A stretch of DNA of 64,000 nucleotides, taken from the NCBI GenBank assembly GCA_030704615.1, contig CM060734.1, forward strand, positions 2,480,001-2,544,000, given 5' to 3'. This DNA is from Takakia lepidozioides (taxonomy: Eukaryota; Plantae; Bryophyta). Below, piece after piece: positions 1 through 13,549 of this stretch. Below the pieces are notes generated by a model. That model did no database searches, was not told the DNA's origin, and saw only the letters and a list, made by a program, of their open reading frames with translations. A program made the translations under genes and the position numbers. Position 1 is the stretch's first letter; the number at the start of each line of letters is the position of its first letter.

Positions 1-1069
1 TGTAACAATTTGTTTTTATTTATTATTATTTATTTGCTAATACATTTTAATTAATATAATATAATATTCCTCGTGGACGAGTGCAGTGGTACATTGTGAG
101 TGGTTATAGACACCTCAGTGATGGGAAGTGGTTGAAACCACTTGCTACTCCACGTGTAATAATTCAAATTTTATTTGTGATTTATTATTTGGAAATATAT
201 TTTAATTCATAAATATATTCCACGTGGACGGGGACAGTGCACGTTGATCTTGAGTGGTTAAAGACACCTCATTGATTTGTACCACTTTGACAGTGGTGGA
301 GAGTGGGTGGTGAAAGATACTGCAGTAATTGGAACCACTATGCTAGTGGTTGCTCATGAGTGGTTGCCTACACAACAGTGATTGGTACCACTTTTTGGGT
401 GATACATGAAAAACTTTAAGTGGTTTGTGCAGCTGTGACAGACTTTGAAAAACAGACAAGTGGCCAGACCATTGTGGGTTGATGTTATTGAACAAATGGT
501 TCCAACAATAAACTTTATTCTGAATCTGAAACATATTCGTCACCCTCTGAATCACTTTGCTCAACTGGAATAGCGGTTGGTTGCACAAATGCCGCTTGAA
601 TGGTAGCCAACATAGCCAGGTCTTCTTTATTTAGAGCCGTGGTACCATCTAATGACCTAGGTATTGGCTGATCTGATAAGGTAGACGTCGATTGGCACGC
701 CACTCATCACCACATGCCTCTCTGTCTGCTGTGAACTGTGCCTTCTCTGTTGCATACTTTTTGTCACAAAATGGCAACAAGAATGACACATGTTAGCAAT
801 GAAGTATTGCATTACTTAGCAAAAAATACCTAGCATGAATGATACTTTGAAAACCACTGTTTCAAACCACTGGAGGAGTGAGCAGAATGACTTGTAAATG
901 AACATGTTTTTCCAGCAAGTCACTCACTCAGACATTTCGTTACTACAGCATTGGTTATAATCAGGATGAACCACTGACATTTGTGACTTTGTGGGTGGTT
1001 TGATTACACTGGTGACAGTCAGAATTGAAATTGAACTTGATATGAATAAGGTGCAATGAAAAGAAGTAC

Positions 1070-1423
1070 TCACTGCGCCCAAGGAGCCATGACATTGGTA
1101 TTGTTCAGCACATACAAAATTTGTGCTGCATCTCTCCCAACTCCAGTCATGTCCTGCTTTTTGCCGACACCTTCGAAGACCTCGTCCTCAACCCCTTCCT
1201 CCGCATTTGCATCCCAAGTCCGCTGTTGAGTTGCATCAAATGATTGCATATACTCAGTCATGAACCCCATGGCCTCATCCAGAACATACCCTGCAGCCGT
1301 ACTCCCTTCTGGCTTTGCGTAATTCCTAACGTATCCCTTAACATCTTTCATGTAACGCTCCATGGGATACATCCACCGTGAAGACATCGGATGAATAATT
1401 TTGTTTATCTCCATGGAATACAT
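1070..1423 (-). pseudogene. CACTA/En-Spm transposase fragment (DUF4218-like region)
   Basis: RWMYPMERYMKDVKGYVRNYAKPEGSTAAGYVLDEAMGF is typical of En/Spm transposases. The flanking 60-1010 region is rich in ACCACT/AGTGGT motifs also seen at the CACTA end at 37950-38303. Confidence 0.8.
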
Positions 1424-1811
1424 CTATGTGCTCACTTGTAACCACTAAAATGAATTTTTAAAAAAAAATCAAAGTGCAAAAGATTTTAAAAAAACACATC
1501 GGCTGGTAAGTGTAGAGTGTGTCGCCCTGGTGGTTCAGGGTTCAAACCCGCTGCATGACTCCATGTGTGGGATTGTTTCTGATGACGGTATGTCTGGGCG
1601 TTGATCCTCCTGTAGGTCTCATGGCCCATAAATGAAAGGGGGTTAATTTTTTCCCCTCCTCAAGGGCCTGAGGTTTCCTTTAAAATTTATTAAAAAAAAA
1701 ACAAAAAACAAAAAGTTGCTTATAGGGTTTGTGAAAAGGTTAAAAAACTTAAAAAGTTGCCCATCACGTATGTACAATATATACATACTTTTGGGGGGAA
1801 TTTTCAAATGT

Positions 1812-1876
1812 GTGCATGTAGCGTACTGGTAAGGGCTCTTCCTGCGTGTTGCGGGGTCGCGGGTTCAAACTCCTCG
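1812..1876 (+). other. tRNA-derived (SINE-like) fragment
   Basis: A-box-like TAGCGTACTGG and B-box-like GGTTCAAACTCC; a similar degenerate copy near 1500-1552; no convincing cloverleaf. Confidence 0.3.
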
Positions 1877-2477
1877 CGTTGTTTTTTTCCCCCTCATGCA
1901 CTAAGCCCCAAAAAACCCCACTAAGCCCTATCCTGACTACAGACACAAGCAGCACACACAAGAGGTCCGTTTGGGTTCATGGTCTATCAAATCCTCCATT
2001 GGTCATGACACAAGGTTGACGACAATGTGGTTAGGGCACCTTCTTCTTCGACCTATTTCAGCCTGTTTTGCCCTCCCATCAGACTCGGCCCTGAATTTGT
2101 AGCACGGAGCAAAGCTCGCATGAGTTTTTTACGATCCTTCATGATGGTGGGACAATCGCAATCGCAAGGTGTGGCTTTTTCTTAATGTAGGATGTGAAGA
2201 AGTTTGTCCATCCTACAAATGTGGGCTTTTGGCTCCTGTTAGTACCATGATTTGGTATTCTTCCTGATGTTTACAAGGTTCTTGGGAGAGTCAGCTTGGT
2301 CTTAGCAGGTCGTGTTTCAATCTCTGCTCGCTTAGCTGCACCATGGTGGTTCTCATGGACCAATGCGATGTTTTTTTTCTCCCTCAAGCACTAAGCCCCA
2401 CTAAGCCCTATCGCTGTTGCGCACTTAAGTCCTCGCTGATGTTTACAAGGTTCTTGGGAGAGTCAGCTTGGTCCAGG

Positions 2478-4856
2478 GTATGCACGGCAGGGATGTGGGA
2501 TGGAGGCTTTGGAGACCTATGAGCAAATGATGGGGGAAGCACATCGTGTTTGTGTGCATTTGCAATGCTTGTGCAAGTCTGGCAGCCCTGGAGAAGGGCA
2601 AGAGGTGCATGGGGATATCATCAAAGCTGGAATTGTGCCAAATGTCAATCTGAACACTGTCCTGGCAGCTTTGGAAAAGGGGAAAGAGGTCCATGGCCTC
2701 ATCTTCAGAGCTGGAATTGTATCAAATGTCATTCTGAACAATACCCCGGTGAACATGTTTGCAAAATGGGGGTGCATCTAGGATGCAAAGGGAGTGTTTG
2801 ACACTATGGTTGAACGAGATTTGGTGTCGTGGAGTACGATGCTTGCAGGGTATGCACGGCAGGGATGTGGGATGGAGGCTTTGGAGAGCTATGAGCAGAT
2901 GATGGGGGAAGCACATCATGTTTGTGTGCATTTGCAATGTGCGTGCAAGCCTGGCAGCCCTGGAGAAGGGCAAGAGGTGCATAGAGATATCATCAAAGCT
3001 GGAATTGTGCCAAATGTCAATCGAACACTACCCTGGCAACTTTGGAAATGGGGAAAGAGGTGCATGGCGACATCTTCAGAGCCGGAATTGTACTAGATGA
3101 CAATCTGAACAATACCCCGGTGGACATGTTTGCAAAATGTGGGTGCATCTATGATGCAAAGGGAGTGTTCGACACTATGGCTGAACGACATGTGGTGTCG
3201 TGGAGTGCGATATGATGTGCTTGCAGGGTATGCACAGCAGGGATGTGGAATGGAGGCTTTGGAGAGCTATGAGCAAATGATGGGGGAAGCACATCATGTT
3301 TGTGTGCATTTGCAATGCTTGTGCAAGCCTGGCAGGCGGCCTGGAGAAGGGCAAAGAGGTGCATGGGGATATCATCAAAGCTGGAATTGTACCAAATGTG
3401 AATCTGAACACTGCCCTAGCAGCTCTGGAAAAGGGGAAAGAGGTCCATGGCGACAACTTCAGAGCTGGAATTGTACCAAATGTTAGTCTGAACCATACCC
3501 TAGTGGACATGTATGCGAAATGTGGGTGCATCGAGCCTGGACGAGGGCAAAGAGGTGCATGGGGTATCATCAAAGCTGGAATTGTACCAAATGTCATTCT
3601 GAACCATACCCTGGTGGACATTTATGCAAAATGTGGGGGCATCAAGCCTGGACAAGGGCAAAGCGGTGCATGGGGTATCGTCAAAGCTGGAATTGTACCA
3701 AATGTCATTCTGAACCATACCCTGGTGGACATGTTTGCAAAATGTGGGTGCAAAGGGATCTAGGATCTAGGATGCAAAGGGAGTGTTCGACACTATGGCT
3801 GAACGAGATGTGGTGTCGCGGAGTGCGATGCTGGTCCAGGGTATGTACGGCAGGGACGTGGGATGGAGGCTTTGGAGACCTATGAGCAAAGGATGGGGAA
3901 GCTCATCATGTTTGTGTGCATTTGCAATTCTTGTGCAAGCCTGGCAGCCCTGGAGAAGGGCAAGACGTGCATGGGGATATCATCAAAGCTGGAATTGTGC
4001 CAAATGTCAATCTGAACACTGCCCTAGCAGTTTTGGAAAAGGGGAAAGAGGTCCACGGCGACATCCTTAGAGTTGGAATTGTACCAGATGTCATTCTGAA
4101 CAATACCTTGGTGAACATGTTTGCAAAATGTGGGTGCATCTAGGATGCAAAGGGAGTGTTCGACACTATGGCTGAACTAGATGTGGTGTCGTGGAGTGCG
4201 ATGCTTGCAGGGTATGCACGGCAGGGACGTGGGATGGAGGCTTTGGAGAGCTATGAGCAAATGATGGGGGAAGCACATCATGTTTGTGTGCATTTGCAAT
4301 GCTTGTACAAGCCTGACAGCCGGCCTGGAGAAGGGCAAGAGGTGCATGGGGATATCATAAAAGCTGGAATTGTGCCAAATGTCAATCTGAACATTGCCCT
4401 GGCAGCTTAGGGGAAAGAGGTGCATGGCGACATCTTCAGAGTTATTATTGTACCAGATGTCATTCTGAACAAAACCCTGGTGAACATGTTTGCAAAATGT
4501 GGGTGCATCTAGGATGCAAAGGGAGTGTTCGACACTATGGCTGAACGACATGTGGTGTCGTGGAGTGCGATGCTTGCATGGTATGCACGGCAGGGACGTA
4601 GGATGGAGTTTTTGGAGAGCTATGAGCAAATGATGGGGGAAGCACATTATGTTTGTGTGCATTTGCAATGCTTGTGCAAGCCTGGCAGCCGGCCCGGAGA
4701 AGGGCAAGAGGTGCATGGGGATATCATTAAAGCTGGAATTGTGCCAAATGTCAATCTGAACACTGCCCTGGCAGCTTAAGGGAAAGAGGTCCACGGCGAC
4801 ATCTTCAGAATTATTATTGTACCGGATGTCATCCTGAACAAAACCCTGGTGAACAT
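2478..4856 (+). pseudogene. Tandem array of degenerate PLS-type PPR units (~369 bp), left part
   Basis: Repeated NTLVDMFAKCG / VFDTMAERDVVSWSAMLAGYA / GKEVHGDIIKAG motifs; the same stop and frameshift recur in most units. Confidence 0.9.
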
Positions 4857-5069
4857 CCTAGTTATCATTCCTGACGTGACGTGGCGCTGATACGTAGGCC
4901 GTCACGTCCGACGTGCGTCACGTCACGACGAATCCGGACGTTTACCCATGTATTTTTTTCTTACATTTGACTTTTAGGATTTACTTCTACCCTTTGTAAT
5001 GACATGGCAGCCACAGTGTAAAACAGACGTGGCCAATTATTAATATTTATTAATTCTTCTAAAAAAATG

Positions 5070-5490
5070 GGTGCGCCTATATTTGCGGTCGCATATAATT
5101 TATTATTTATAATAAAAGCGACCGCCCATATTGGCGGTCGCTTGTAATTTAATATTTTGTTAGATTAAGCGACCGCCAGTATTGGCGGTCGTCGGTAATT
5201 TATTTATTTTTAAATGAAGCGACCGCCCATATTGGCGGTCGCCCGTAATTTATTTATTTTTAAATGAAGCGACCGCCGAAATTGGCGGTCGCCCGTAATT
5301 TATTTATTTATAAATGAAACGACCGCCCATATTGGCGGCCGCCCGTAATTTATTTATTTTTAAATGAAGCGACCGCCCATATTGGCGACCGCCCGTAATT
5401 TATTTATTTATAAATGAAGCGACCTCCCATATTGGCGGTCGTCCGTAATTTATTTATTTTTAAATGAAGCGACTGCCCATATTGGCCAGT
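5070..5490. repeat. hAT palindrome array 1 (AAGCGACCGCC-n-GGCGGTCGC, 50-bp period)
   Basis: Units start at 5167, 5217, 5267 ... 5467; a TATATAAA follows at 5581. Confidence 0.9.
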
Positions 5491-5907
5491 CGCGCCGCGC
5501 TGACACGTGGCGAGGCGCCACTGGCCTGTTGCGCCTTTTCAAGCATAATGCCATTTTGGGGGGGGGGGCTGGTGGGCGCCTATATAAACCATTCCCCCCT
5601 CCTTTTCTGATCACTTTTGCCCCTCTTGTGGTGCGGTTCCTTGGCATCCTGTAGTCCTTTCGGACTTCGTTGCTTGGCACTGCCAACGGGAGGTGCAAAG
5701 GTGATTATTTGGGGGGGGAGGTTTTGTTGGTTTTCTATTGGTCAGTCCCACACACTTGTTCACGGTACAATCATCGTATCACCATTTTGCCGTTTCCGGA
5801 TCTTCGGCGGCCTGTTTTTTTGCAGAAAACTACGAAGACACCATCCACACGCGGTCATTGCCATTTTTCTGAGGTTTTGGACCCTGTAGTGGGCAAAGGT
5901 TTATACA

Positions 5908-7364
5908 ATGTCGGGGGTTGTGAATTCAAGTTCTGGGGCGGGATCGTCTGGGGGGCGGAGGAAGAGAAAACACATCTACGAGCGGGATAGCCAGGTCAAC
6001 AAGCCAAACTACCCGAGACCGGATGCCGTGGATAGGGTGAAAGAAGTGGTAGCGGATTATTTCAAGGGTAGGGACATGATGAGGCTGGAGAGTGCTTATG
6101 TTAGGCATGGATGAGAGGGGTTTCAGATTTTTCAGCAAAATATGGAGAGGAAAATGACAAACGCTTTGGCGGGGGCTAAGTGGACGGCGGACAGGGACAA
6201 GCCGAAGTTCAATCGGTGGATCCAAAGCAGGGCGAAAGACGCCACGTGGAATTTGAGGCAGCTAATGAAGACTTGGAAGGGTAGAACAACCGAGGGTCGA
6301 GTGCCCTCCGCCGAAGCTGAGTTAATGCGGCGTGTTGAGTATTGGGCTTGCTCGGCAAGTCATAATTCACATCGCCAGACTAGGGTTGTCCCTTGGAAGC
6401 CGGGGTCATCGGGCGGGGGAGGCACAACTGGTCTTTATTACCTGAACTCTACTGCGAAGGTAGTAGAGATTGGCCCTTACAAAGAAGGAGGGTATGCTAA
6501 GGTCCGTCACTATAAGATTGTTGGCGATTCTAGAATACCGGAGCGTTGGGAGCTAGTGGAAAAAAAACCCAAGTCCAAAAATATAGAAAATGCGTTGAGA
6601 CAACATAACGACGAGTGTTTGGCAGTGAAGTTCCAGCATCCGGGTGCTATCTCATATTTTGCTGTGAATGCACGTGAGGTAGAGGGTTACACTCGCTGGT
6701 GGAATGGGGGGACAATACGCGACATGATGAACCTTGACAGAAAATGGGGCAACGATTCGGACAACAAGGTGATTTTGGAACAAAGGGAACGGAAGCAGAG
6801 TTCCAGGAATGCGATCGCTTGCTTCGTTTCCGGAAAGTGCGCAGTAAACTTGCATGGGCATTGGTGTGCATCATGGATGCTGTCCACAAGAACGGTGTCA
6901 TGCACAACGACTTGTCCCCCGACAACATCTTGTTGCATTTTCCAGATGGCACCGAGGAGGGTGTGTGATTGGGGCTTAGCCACCCCATTGGGCATACGCA
7001 AAGCCTCGCCGTACCAGTTTGAAAACCAAGACAAGCTGGACCGGGAACTCGCGAAAAGATGGTGGGTGGAAAAAGATATTGCATCGGTTTTCAATGCGAA
7101 TGCCACGCCCCCCCCCCCCCCCCCCAGGACATGACGTCGGAGGCCTTTGCCGTTGGGAAGATAGCGGTACGAATAAATGACGGCGCTCATTATGATCAAA
7201 GTATGTTCCAGGACCAATTTACGGGAGGTTGTTGGCATTCAATGCTACAAAGGTTGTACGACAACAACAAGAATGAGAGTGTCACATTAGCCCATGTAGT
7301 ACTTCGGTTCATGGGCAAACCATTCAATTGGCCTGAGCCGAAAGATGTATATAAGACGGAGTAG
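5908..7364 (+). pseudogene. Intronless protein kinase-like cargo gene (stop and frameshifts)
   Basis: EGGYAKV (subdomain I-like), VEKK (II), HPG, HNDLSPDNILLH (VIb) and VCDWGLA (VII), spread over several frames. Confidence 0.8.
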
Positions 7365-7454
7365 ACCATAGTCTCGTAGATATGAGATTTCTGGCGGTAC
7401 AATGGTTTTTTTATGAAGACATAACTCAATTTTGATCGTGCATGTAATAAATAA

Positions 7455-9017
7455 AGTTCCATTGTAAATACTACATTGCATATGCTCGACCCTGACACCT
7501 GTCATCGCAACATAAATGGTTTGTGTACTGGCTCACTGTTTATATTTGTAATGTTCCAAGGTTTCGGATAGGGTTATGAGAAAATGATGTATTAGTTCCG
7601 TAGGAGTTAGACAACAAACGTCTCCTCTCATTCAACTGTGCGACACTACCATGAGAAACATGGATCAAAAAGTAATAGGTGCACATGCGACCTCCGAACA
7701 TTTGATACTAGGTCTCTACTTAAACGTGCGGAGGTCGCATGTACACCTATTACTTTTTTATGCATGCCACTCATGGTAGTATCGCACAGTTGAATGAGAT
7801 ATGGAACGTTTGTTGTCTAACTCATATGGATCCAATATATCATTTTCTCAGTACCATGTCAGAAACATTGAAACATTCGCAGTTACAAACAGTGCCACAA
7901 TACACGGCCGGTTTTGTTGAAATGACATTTGTGAGGTTCGAGCGTATGCAATTTATTATTTACAACGGAATTTTACTTACTCGGGGGACCGGTACTGCTG
8001 TTGGAGCGCAACTGATGGTGCGAGTTCTCTATTGATTGGAGTTGTCACAACCAATGTCAACAATCATATTTACGGTAAGGTGTTTCATGCTATTGTTGTT
8101 CCTCTAGCTGAATTCTGTAGTACTCTTTTTGCTATTCTCATGCCAACGTCATCTGAGACTGTCATGTTCAAACGAACGTATCAGCCACCCCGGCCAGCTT
8201 GCAGGCTGCAGCCATGGCCCACCATAAATTGAATGAATTGGAGATTTTGTGCGAAGTTCTTGGTTTCATGTCCGTGGTGGCTGATACGGAATTCGGAATA
8301 TGGCAGTCTCAGTGGACCTGATGTTGTTGGCATGGGAGTAGCAAAACGATTCCTAAATAATTCTGCTACATGAACATCAACAGTATGAAACACCTTGCAG
8401 TACATATGATTCTTGAGATTGTTTGTACGGATTATTTGTGTTTGTGCTTTCAAATGACGAACATTTCCGCCATGGTGCGGAAGACGTGCATTGGCCACAT
8501 TAAACGGTTGATGTGATACCATTTCACAAATGTATCACATCGCATTTGTGAAAATGTATCACATGAACTGTTCCATGTGGCCTACGGGAGTCTTCGATGG
8601 GTATGAGATCAATGTGGCCTACGAGATCTGCTTCCACCAACAAACATGTGATCATTTTAGAAGCGCTAGAACTTTGAAGCAACGATGGGCAAGGTTCTTC
8701 ATCCATATGTTCAACATGCTGAGGTCTTCTATAATGTCTCTTGCTTCGTAATGAGGTGCTTCTCCAACTCTTATTTTTCCAATGCTAATATCTTCCATCT
8801 GCAACATATCCACACATGTGTATATAACTTAAAAAAACAAATGACCATCAAAACTGGAAGCTGGGGATGAGGCTTATAAAAGTTGAGATGGTCATTTCTT
8901 TTTTTAAGGATTTCTGCACACATATGTGGATCAGTTCCAGGTGGAGAATATTAACATATTGGATAAAGTGGACATGGAGAAGCACCGCATTACGAGGCAG
9001 GAGACACTACAAAAAGA
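7455..9017. repeat. Three consecutive long imperfect inverted repeats
   Basis: Approximate spans 7455-7975, 8062-8411 and 8727-9017. Example paired arms: AAGTAATAGGTGCACATGCGACCTCCG / CGGAGGTCGCATGTACACCTATTACTT; CGTATCAGCCAC / GTGGCTGATACG; TCGTAATGAGGTGCTTCTCCA / TGGAGAAGCACCGCATTACGA. Confidence 0.85.
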
Positions 9018-9029
9018 GCTTCAAAGGGC

Positions 9030-10425
9030 ATACCATGTAACAGGTCCCAGTATAATCGAAGACGAAATCCCATTCATTCAATGGGCGATTGAATGGTTGC
9101 CCATCCAAATGATTTTCGTTTGCTTTCAATCTTTGCCACTATGTTCAACATACCATGTATCAGGTCCAGGACTAATATCAGATCAATCGAAATTCATTCA
9201 ATGGCCATCGAAATGATTTTGGTTTGCTTTGAGACTTGGCCACTATGTTCAATGTGCCATGTAAGAGACCCCTGAGTAATATGAGATCAATCGAAATTCG
9301 TTCAATGGGCCAATGGATGGTTGCCCATCCAAATGATTTTCGTTCGCTTTGAAACTTGGCCAGTGTGTTCAATGTACCCTCTGATACGTCCTAGTGTAAT
9401 ACGAGATCAATCGAAAATTGTTTGATTGTCCAATGAGGCGTTCACTTGTCATCTGGTTTTTGTTTGATGCGAAAAATAAATCTTGCAATGCGTACACCTA
9501 TTGAACAGATGTGGTTGAAGCCCCTCTTTTGCCCGCATGTGCTTGAACATGTGTGCGACACATGTGCGGAGACACAACAGACGAATAAATCATTTGCCTC
9601 CCCATCGACGCGCTCCCACCTCAAGCCATTCCACAATTTAATTTAATTTAAATTTATTTTAAGCCAATAAATAGGTTTGCACTGCCTTTCAGTGGGGGTT
9701 TCTGGCACGTATCGATTTTGTTTTTGGCTCAATTTTGTTCTGCGGCTTCCAGCATCCCACGGCTACTCCCCCGCCAAAATTTGGACCAATAAAAAATGCC
9801 CCAAAAAAAAAATGTTCTCTTCGCTCACTATTGCAAAACTCTCTATGAAGAGTGCATGAAATAGAACACAAATCAAGTTTGGAGTGCAAAACAGGGAAGA
9901 AACTGTGGTTTTGGGTCCAAATGAATTTTGATCGCTCCCAAATTTGGCACGCACATTGCATATGGCTACATTACACGCCCAATTCAAAAATGGAATGAAA
10001 AAAAAATTGTGAACACGCGAAACACAGTCCAACAGGTCCCAAAGCAATAGCTCCAACAGAATACATTCAACGGGTGAACGGATGGTTGCCCATCCAAATC
10101 ATTTTTGTTAGTTTCGAAACTTTGCCAGCACGTTCCAGACACCCTCTCACAGGTCCCGGACTAATATCAGATCAATCGAAATTCATTTGATGGCTCAACA
10201 GATGGTTGGCCATCGAAATGATTTTGGTTCGCTTAGAGACTTGGCCACTATGTTCAATTTGCCATGTAAGAGGCCCCAAAGTAATATGAGTTCAATCGAA
10301 ATTCGTTCAATGGGCCAACAGATGGTTGCCCATCCAAATGATTTTCGTTCGCTTTGAAACTTGGCCAGTGTGTTCAATGTACCCTCTGATACATCCCAGT
10401 GTAATATGAGATCAATCGAAATTAT
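9030..10425. repeat. Two clusters of ~110-120 bp direct repeats (AGATCAATCGAAATTC...GGTTGCCCATCCAAATGATTTT)
   Basis: Units at ~9030-9420 recur at ~10060-10425. Confidence 0.75.
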
Positions 10426-10874
10426 TTTGTGCTTTGAGAACTTTGTGGGTTTGTTCGTAGAAAGATCATAGATTTTGCGAAATGATTATGAAATACGTAG
10501 GGACCAGGCGAAATTTTGTTTGGACCCGGACCGTTCGTAACTCGTTATAACTTATTTGTTAACATCAATTTTCCTTGTTCTCCAGCTTTCGGAGTTCATT
10601 GCAAATACCCATATACACATCATGACCAAATATGACACCATTGTAAATTTGTTTACAGGGTGAACTACTTCTTTCCCATCACACGAGTGTAAATGTAAAA
10701 AAAACGTTGCTCATGCAATTGAAATTGGCAGATGCCGCACATGTGCATTGTGTATTAACAAAATTGGTGATATACAAACTTGGCGGAATGACATCACTAT
10801 GTTTTCCAACAATATTCAAGGTATAACAAAAATACATATTGTATATGTACTACGCTGCCAGTCATTAAAAGCCT

Positions 10875-13179
10875 AGTCGTCACTGTCCGATGATGTGGAA
10901 TTTGATGTTGTGGCCTGATTTGCACTGCCAATTGCCAAAGCTTGCGACCGTGATCTCGTGGTCAATGAGGGGCCCAATGGCATGTGATCAATTCTGTCTG
11001 CATCCGCCTACTTCGCGGCGAAAGTTGACTTTCTTCTTCACTCTCACGACGTGGCGGAGGTGGATCGAGAACAAGTGCTCGGGCTGCTTGCAAATCGGCA
11101 ACGAATTCGTCCACATCCGGCAATACAGCCCCTGAAACACGATGATCACGATCTGTCCATAATCGCCTCCATTTCTCTACAACTGCCTTGATGATACTTT
11201 TGAAACTTTCCAACTGCCTCTCGACGATAAGCCGCCTCGTACGCATCATTCATTCGGCGTTGACATATTATAACATCTTCCAGTTCGGACAGCAACAAAT
11301 GTCTCCCAATCGGTTGTCGGTCATACAATCCGTTCTCCTCCGGCACCCATGGAACCTGTGGGAGCCGGATAAACCTGGACCTTCTTTGACTCCAATGCCC
11401 TCCCAGATTGCGGCAAAACTGCTCTCTCTCCCACCAATCTCGAATGTCTCCCGCACGTATGGTTATCTCCCAATTAGATGTGACCCAGAAATACTGGGGA
11501 TCTTTGATGTATGTCGGGTTTCCGGCATGTATGCCATGCATCTCTCTGTCTGCATCCCATACCAAGTTCTTGCCCCAATGCACACAATTCAGAAATGTGT
11601 ATGGTAGCCCATCCAATGGGAGGTTGTGTCGATTGTATTCAAAACCTATGGGCATCCGATCCTCCAAGCCCACCAGCTCATAGAAACGGCGATGGATTGG
11701 TGTACGACATTTTGGGCAATCGCTCGTCCGCAAGGCTTGCGGGATAAGACATGTGAGATGAAACATATGTCCACATGATCCAAGTACATGACATCCCTCT
11801 GGGCCGTATAGATTCCTACACATCGAACAAACTGTGTCATCTGATATCCATGACGGTAAAATGCCTCGTGGTATCTCCTCCCTCTGGGCCGGTTTGATGT
11901 GGCTGGTCATCCTTGTTGTGGTGTCCCACTCTTCCTCTATCTCCAATTCCCAGTTTATGCTTCTGTTCGACCCCGAAATTTTGTGCTCACATCGATCGAA
12001 CATAGAATCCACATCTGCCTAATTGGTATACCCGGCGAACACACTTGATGCGATGCGGAGATCGTTATACCTTTGCATGTTGGCATAAATGTTATCCACG
12101 CTACGGTTCAACATGCGTGCGACACGTTGCAAGCCTGATAGTGCCCGCTCTACCCGTGCTTCTCTGGAGGCCAAATGGGTCGCCCATTGTACCCAATTCT
12201 CCCAATCGCCATTCAATGGGATCCATGCCTGAATCTCCAACGTTTTGGACAAGCGCCATGCAGTCGCCATGACAAAGTCCCGCTCCTTTGTAACGCGGTC
12301 GACATCTAATATCGGGTTCATCTCCGATTGAATGACGGCCCTCGAGCATTCCCCGGTTTCCAGTACTGGTTCTTTTCCTTTCCTCCTTTTCTCATCCGCA
12401 ATTCGCTGTTCCTCAACCATGGTTTCATCGGCCACAGGGTCAAGGACGTCCGTAACTTCCTGAATGATGAGGTCAATACTGCGATCGGGCATCGCAAACT
12501 CCGCGTCCATGTCCACGACGTTTGTTCGAACCTCATTGTGGACAACAGTACCTTCATTGTTTGGAGGCATGTCTTGCAATCTAGTTTCCAACTCAGCTAT
12601 GCGTAGTGTTTGTCAATCTAGTCGGTCCTGCACGGTCCTGATTCGCTGATCTCTTTCCGCTAATTGTTCCTCTAACGTTGCAGCCGGTTGTATTTCGAAC
12701 GTGTCCGGGATGTACTCCAAATCGTATAGCAACCTTGCGTTCCTCCTACTAGCAGTTTGTCAATTCACTGGACGCAAGAGTATGACCTCCACGTACAACA
12801 TGGCTGCCAAGGTGTACGGGATTTGACCCTTTAAGAGAGGTTGACCCCACAATGTGCAATGCACCTCATTCGCCCTATGCTGGAAATGCAAGTTCGTGCA
12901 AGACCTGGACTCTGCGTAATTGTTTCGGGTTTGCACGTCATGCCTATCCAAAGGCCACAATCGATTGATGTGGTACCATTTCACGAATTTTTTGCATCTC
13001 GCCATCGGCCACCGGAACTCTTCCGGAACATCTTCCCAGCCCTCTTCTGCTAGTATGCTAGGGTCACCAAATACTTCCCAATTCAAGTCTTGCCTTGACC
13101 CTTTGATTTTCTTAGGGGGCGGTCCATGTTCATTGGGGTCATCTCTTCCATGACGGTCATCGTCCTGGCCCTCTGCCAT
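10875..13179 (-). pseudogene. RING-H2 finger cargo gene (broken into several ORFs)
   Basis: CSMC...CGHMFHLTC...CPKC (C3H2C3) at ~11700-11830. Collinear minus-strand ORFs 12760-13179, 12019-12591, 11146-12012 and 10962-11249; TATA-like GATATAAG at ~13500. Confidence 0.75.
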
Positions 13180-13549
13180 TCTACAACAATCGGAACAACA
13201 CTAAACGAGGTTTTCTAAAAAGACGTAACTCTAAACCCTTCCCCCGTTAAGTAGGTTTGAGTAGGTGTCAAAATAGTTCCTAAAAGCTAATTTTGTAGAA
13301 TAAAATGATCCTGGAAGTCAGAGGAGGACCTATGGGAGCATTCTGCAACGACCTCACAGAAATCGCGGCAAAAAATACCCCCCACCCAACCAATGGCCTC
13401 ATTCTCCACATGACTACGTGTCGTGGAATAATGAAATGCCACGCACACAGAAGCTGTGTGGAGAGGAAGTGAGGGGAGAATAAGCCTCCCTTGGCTTATA
13501 TCCCCACCCCGCCTTTTTTTCTCGGGCCACGTGCAGGACGAATCTTCTA

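Noticed and set aside
1500-1880. Functional tRNA genes
   Set aside because: Only box A/B-like motifs are present; acceptor and anticodon stems do not pair.
2500-4794. Functional PPR gene
   Set aside because: Units carry recurring stops and frameshifts; no E/DYW domain was seen.
4848-4856. 9-bp TSD (GGTGAACAT) implying a MULE for the 30-kb element
   Set aside because: The TIRs align only with the 8-bp reading, and the arrays link the ends to the hAT transposase.
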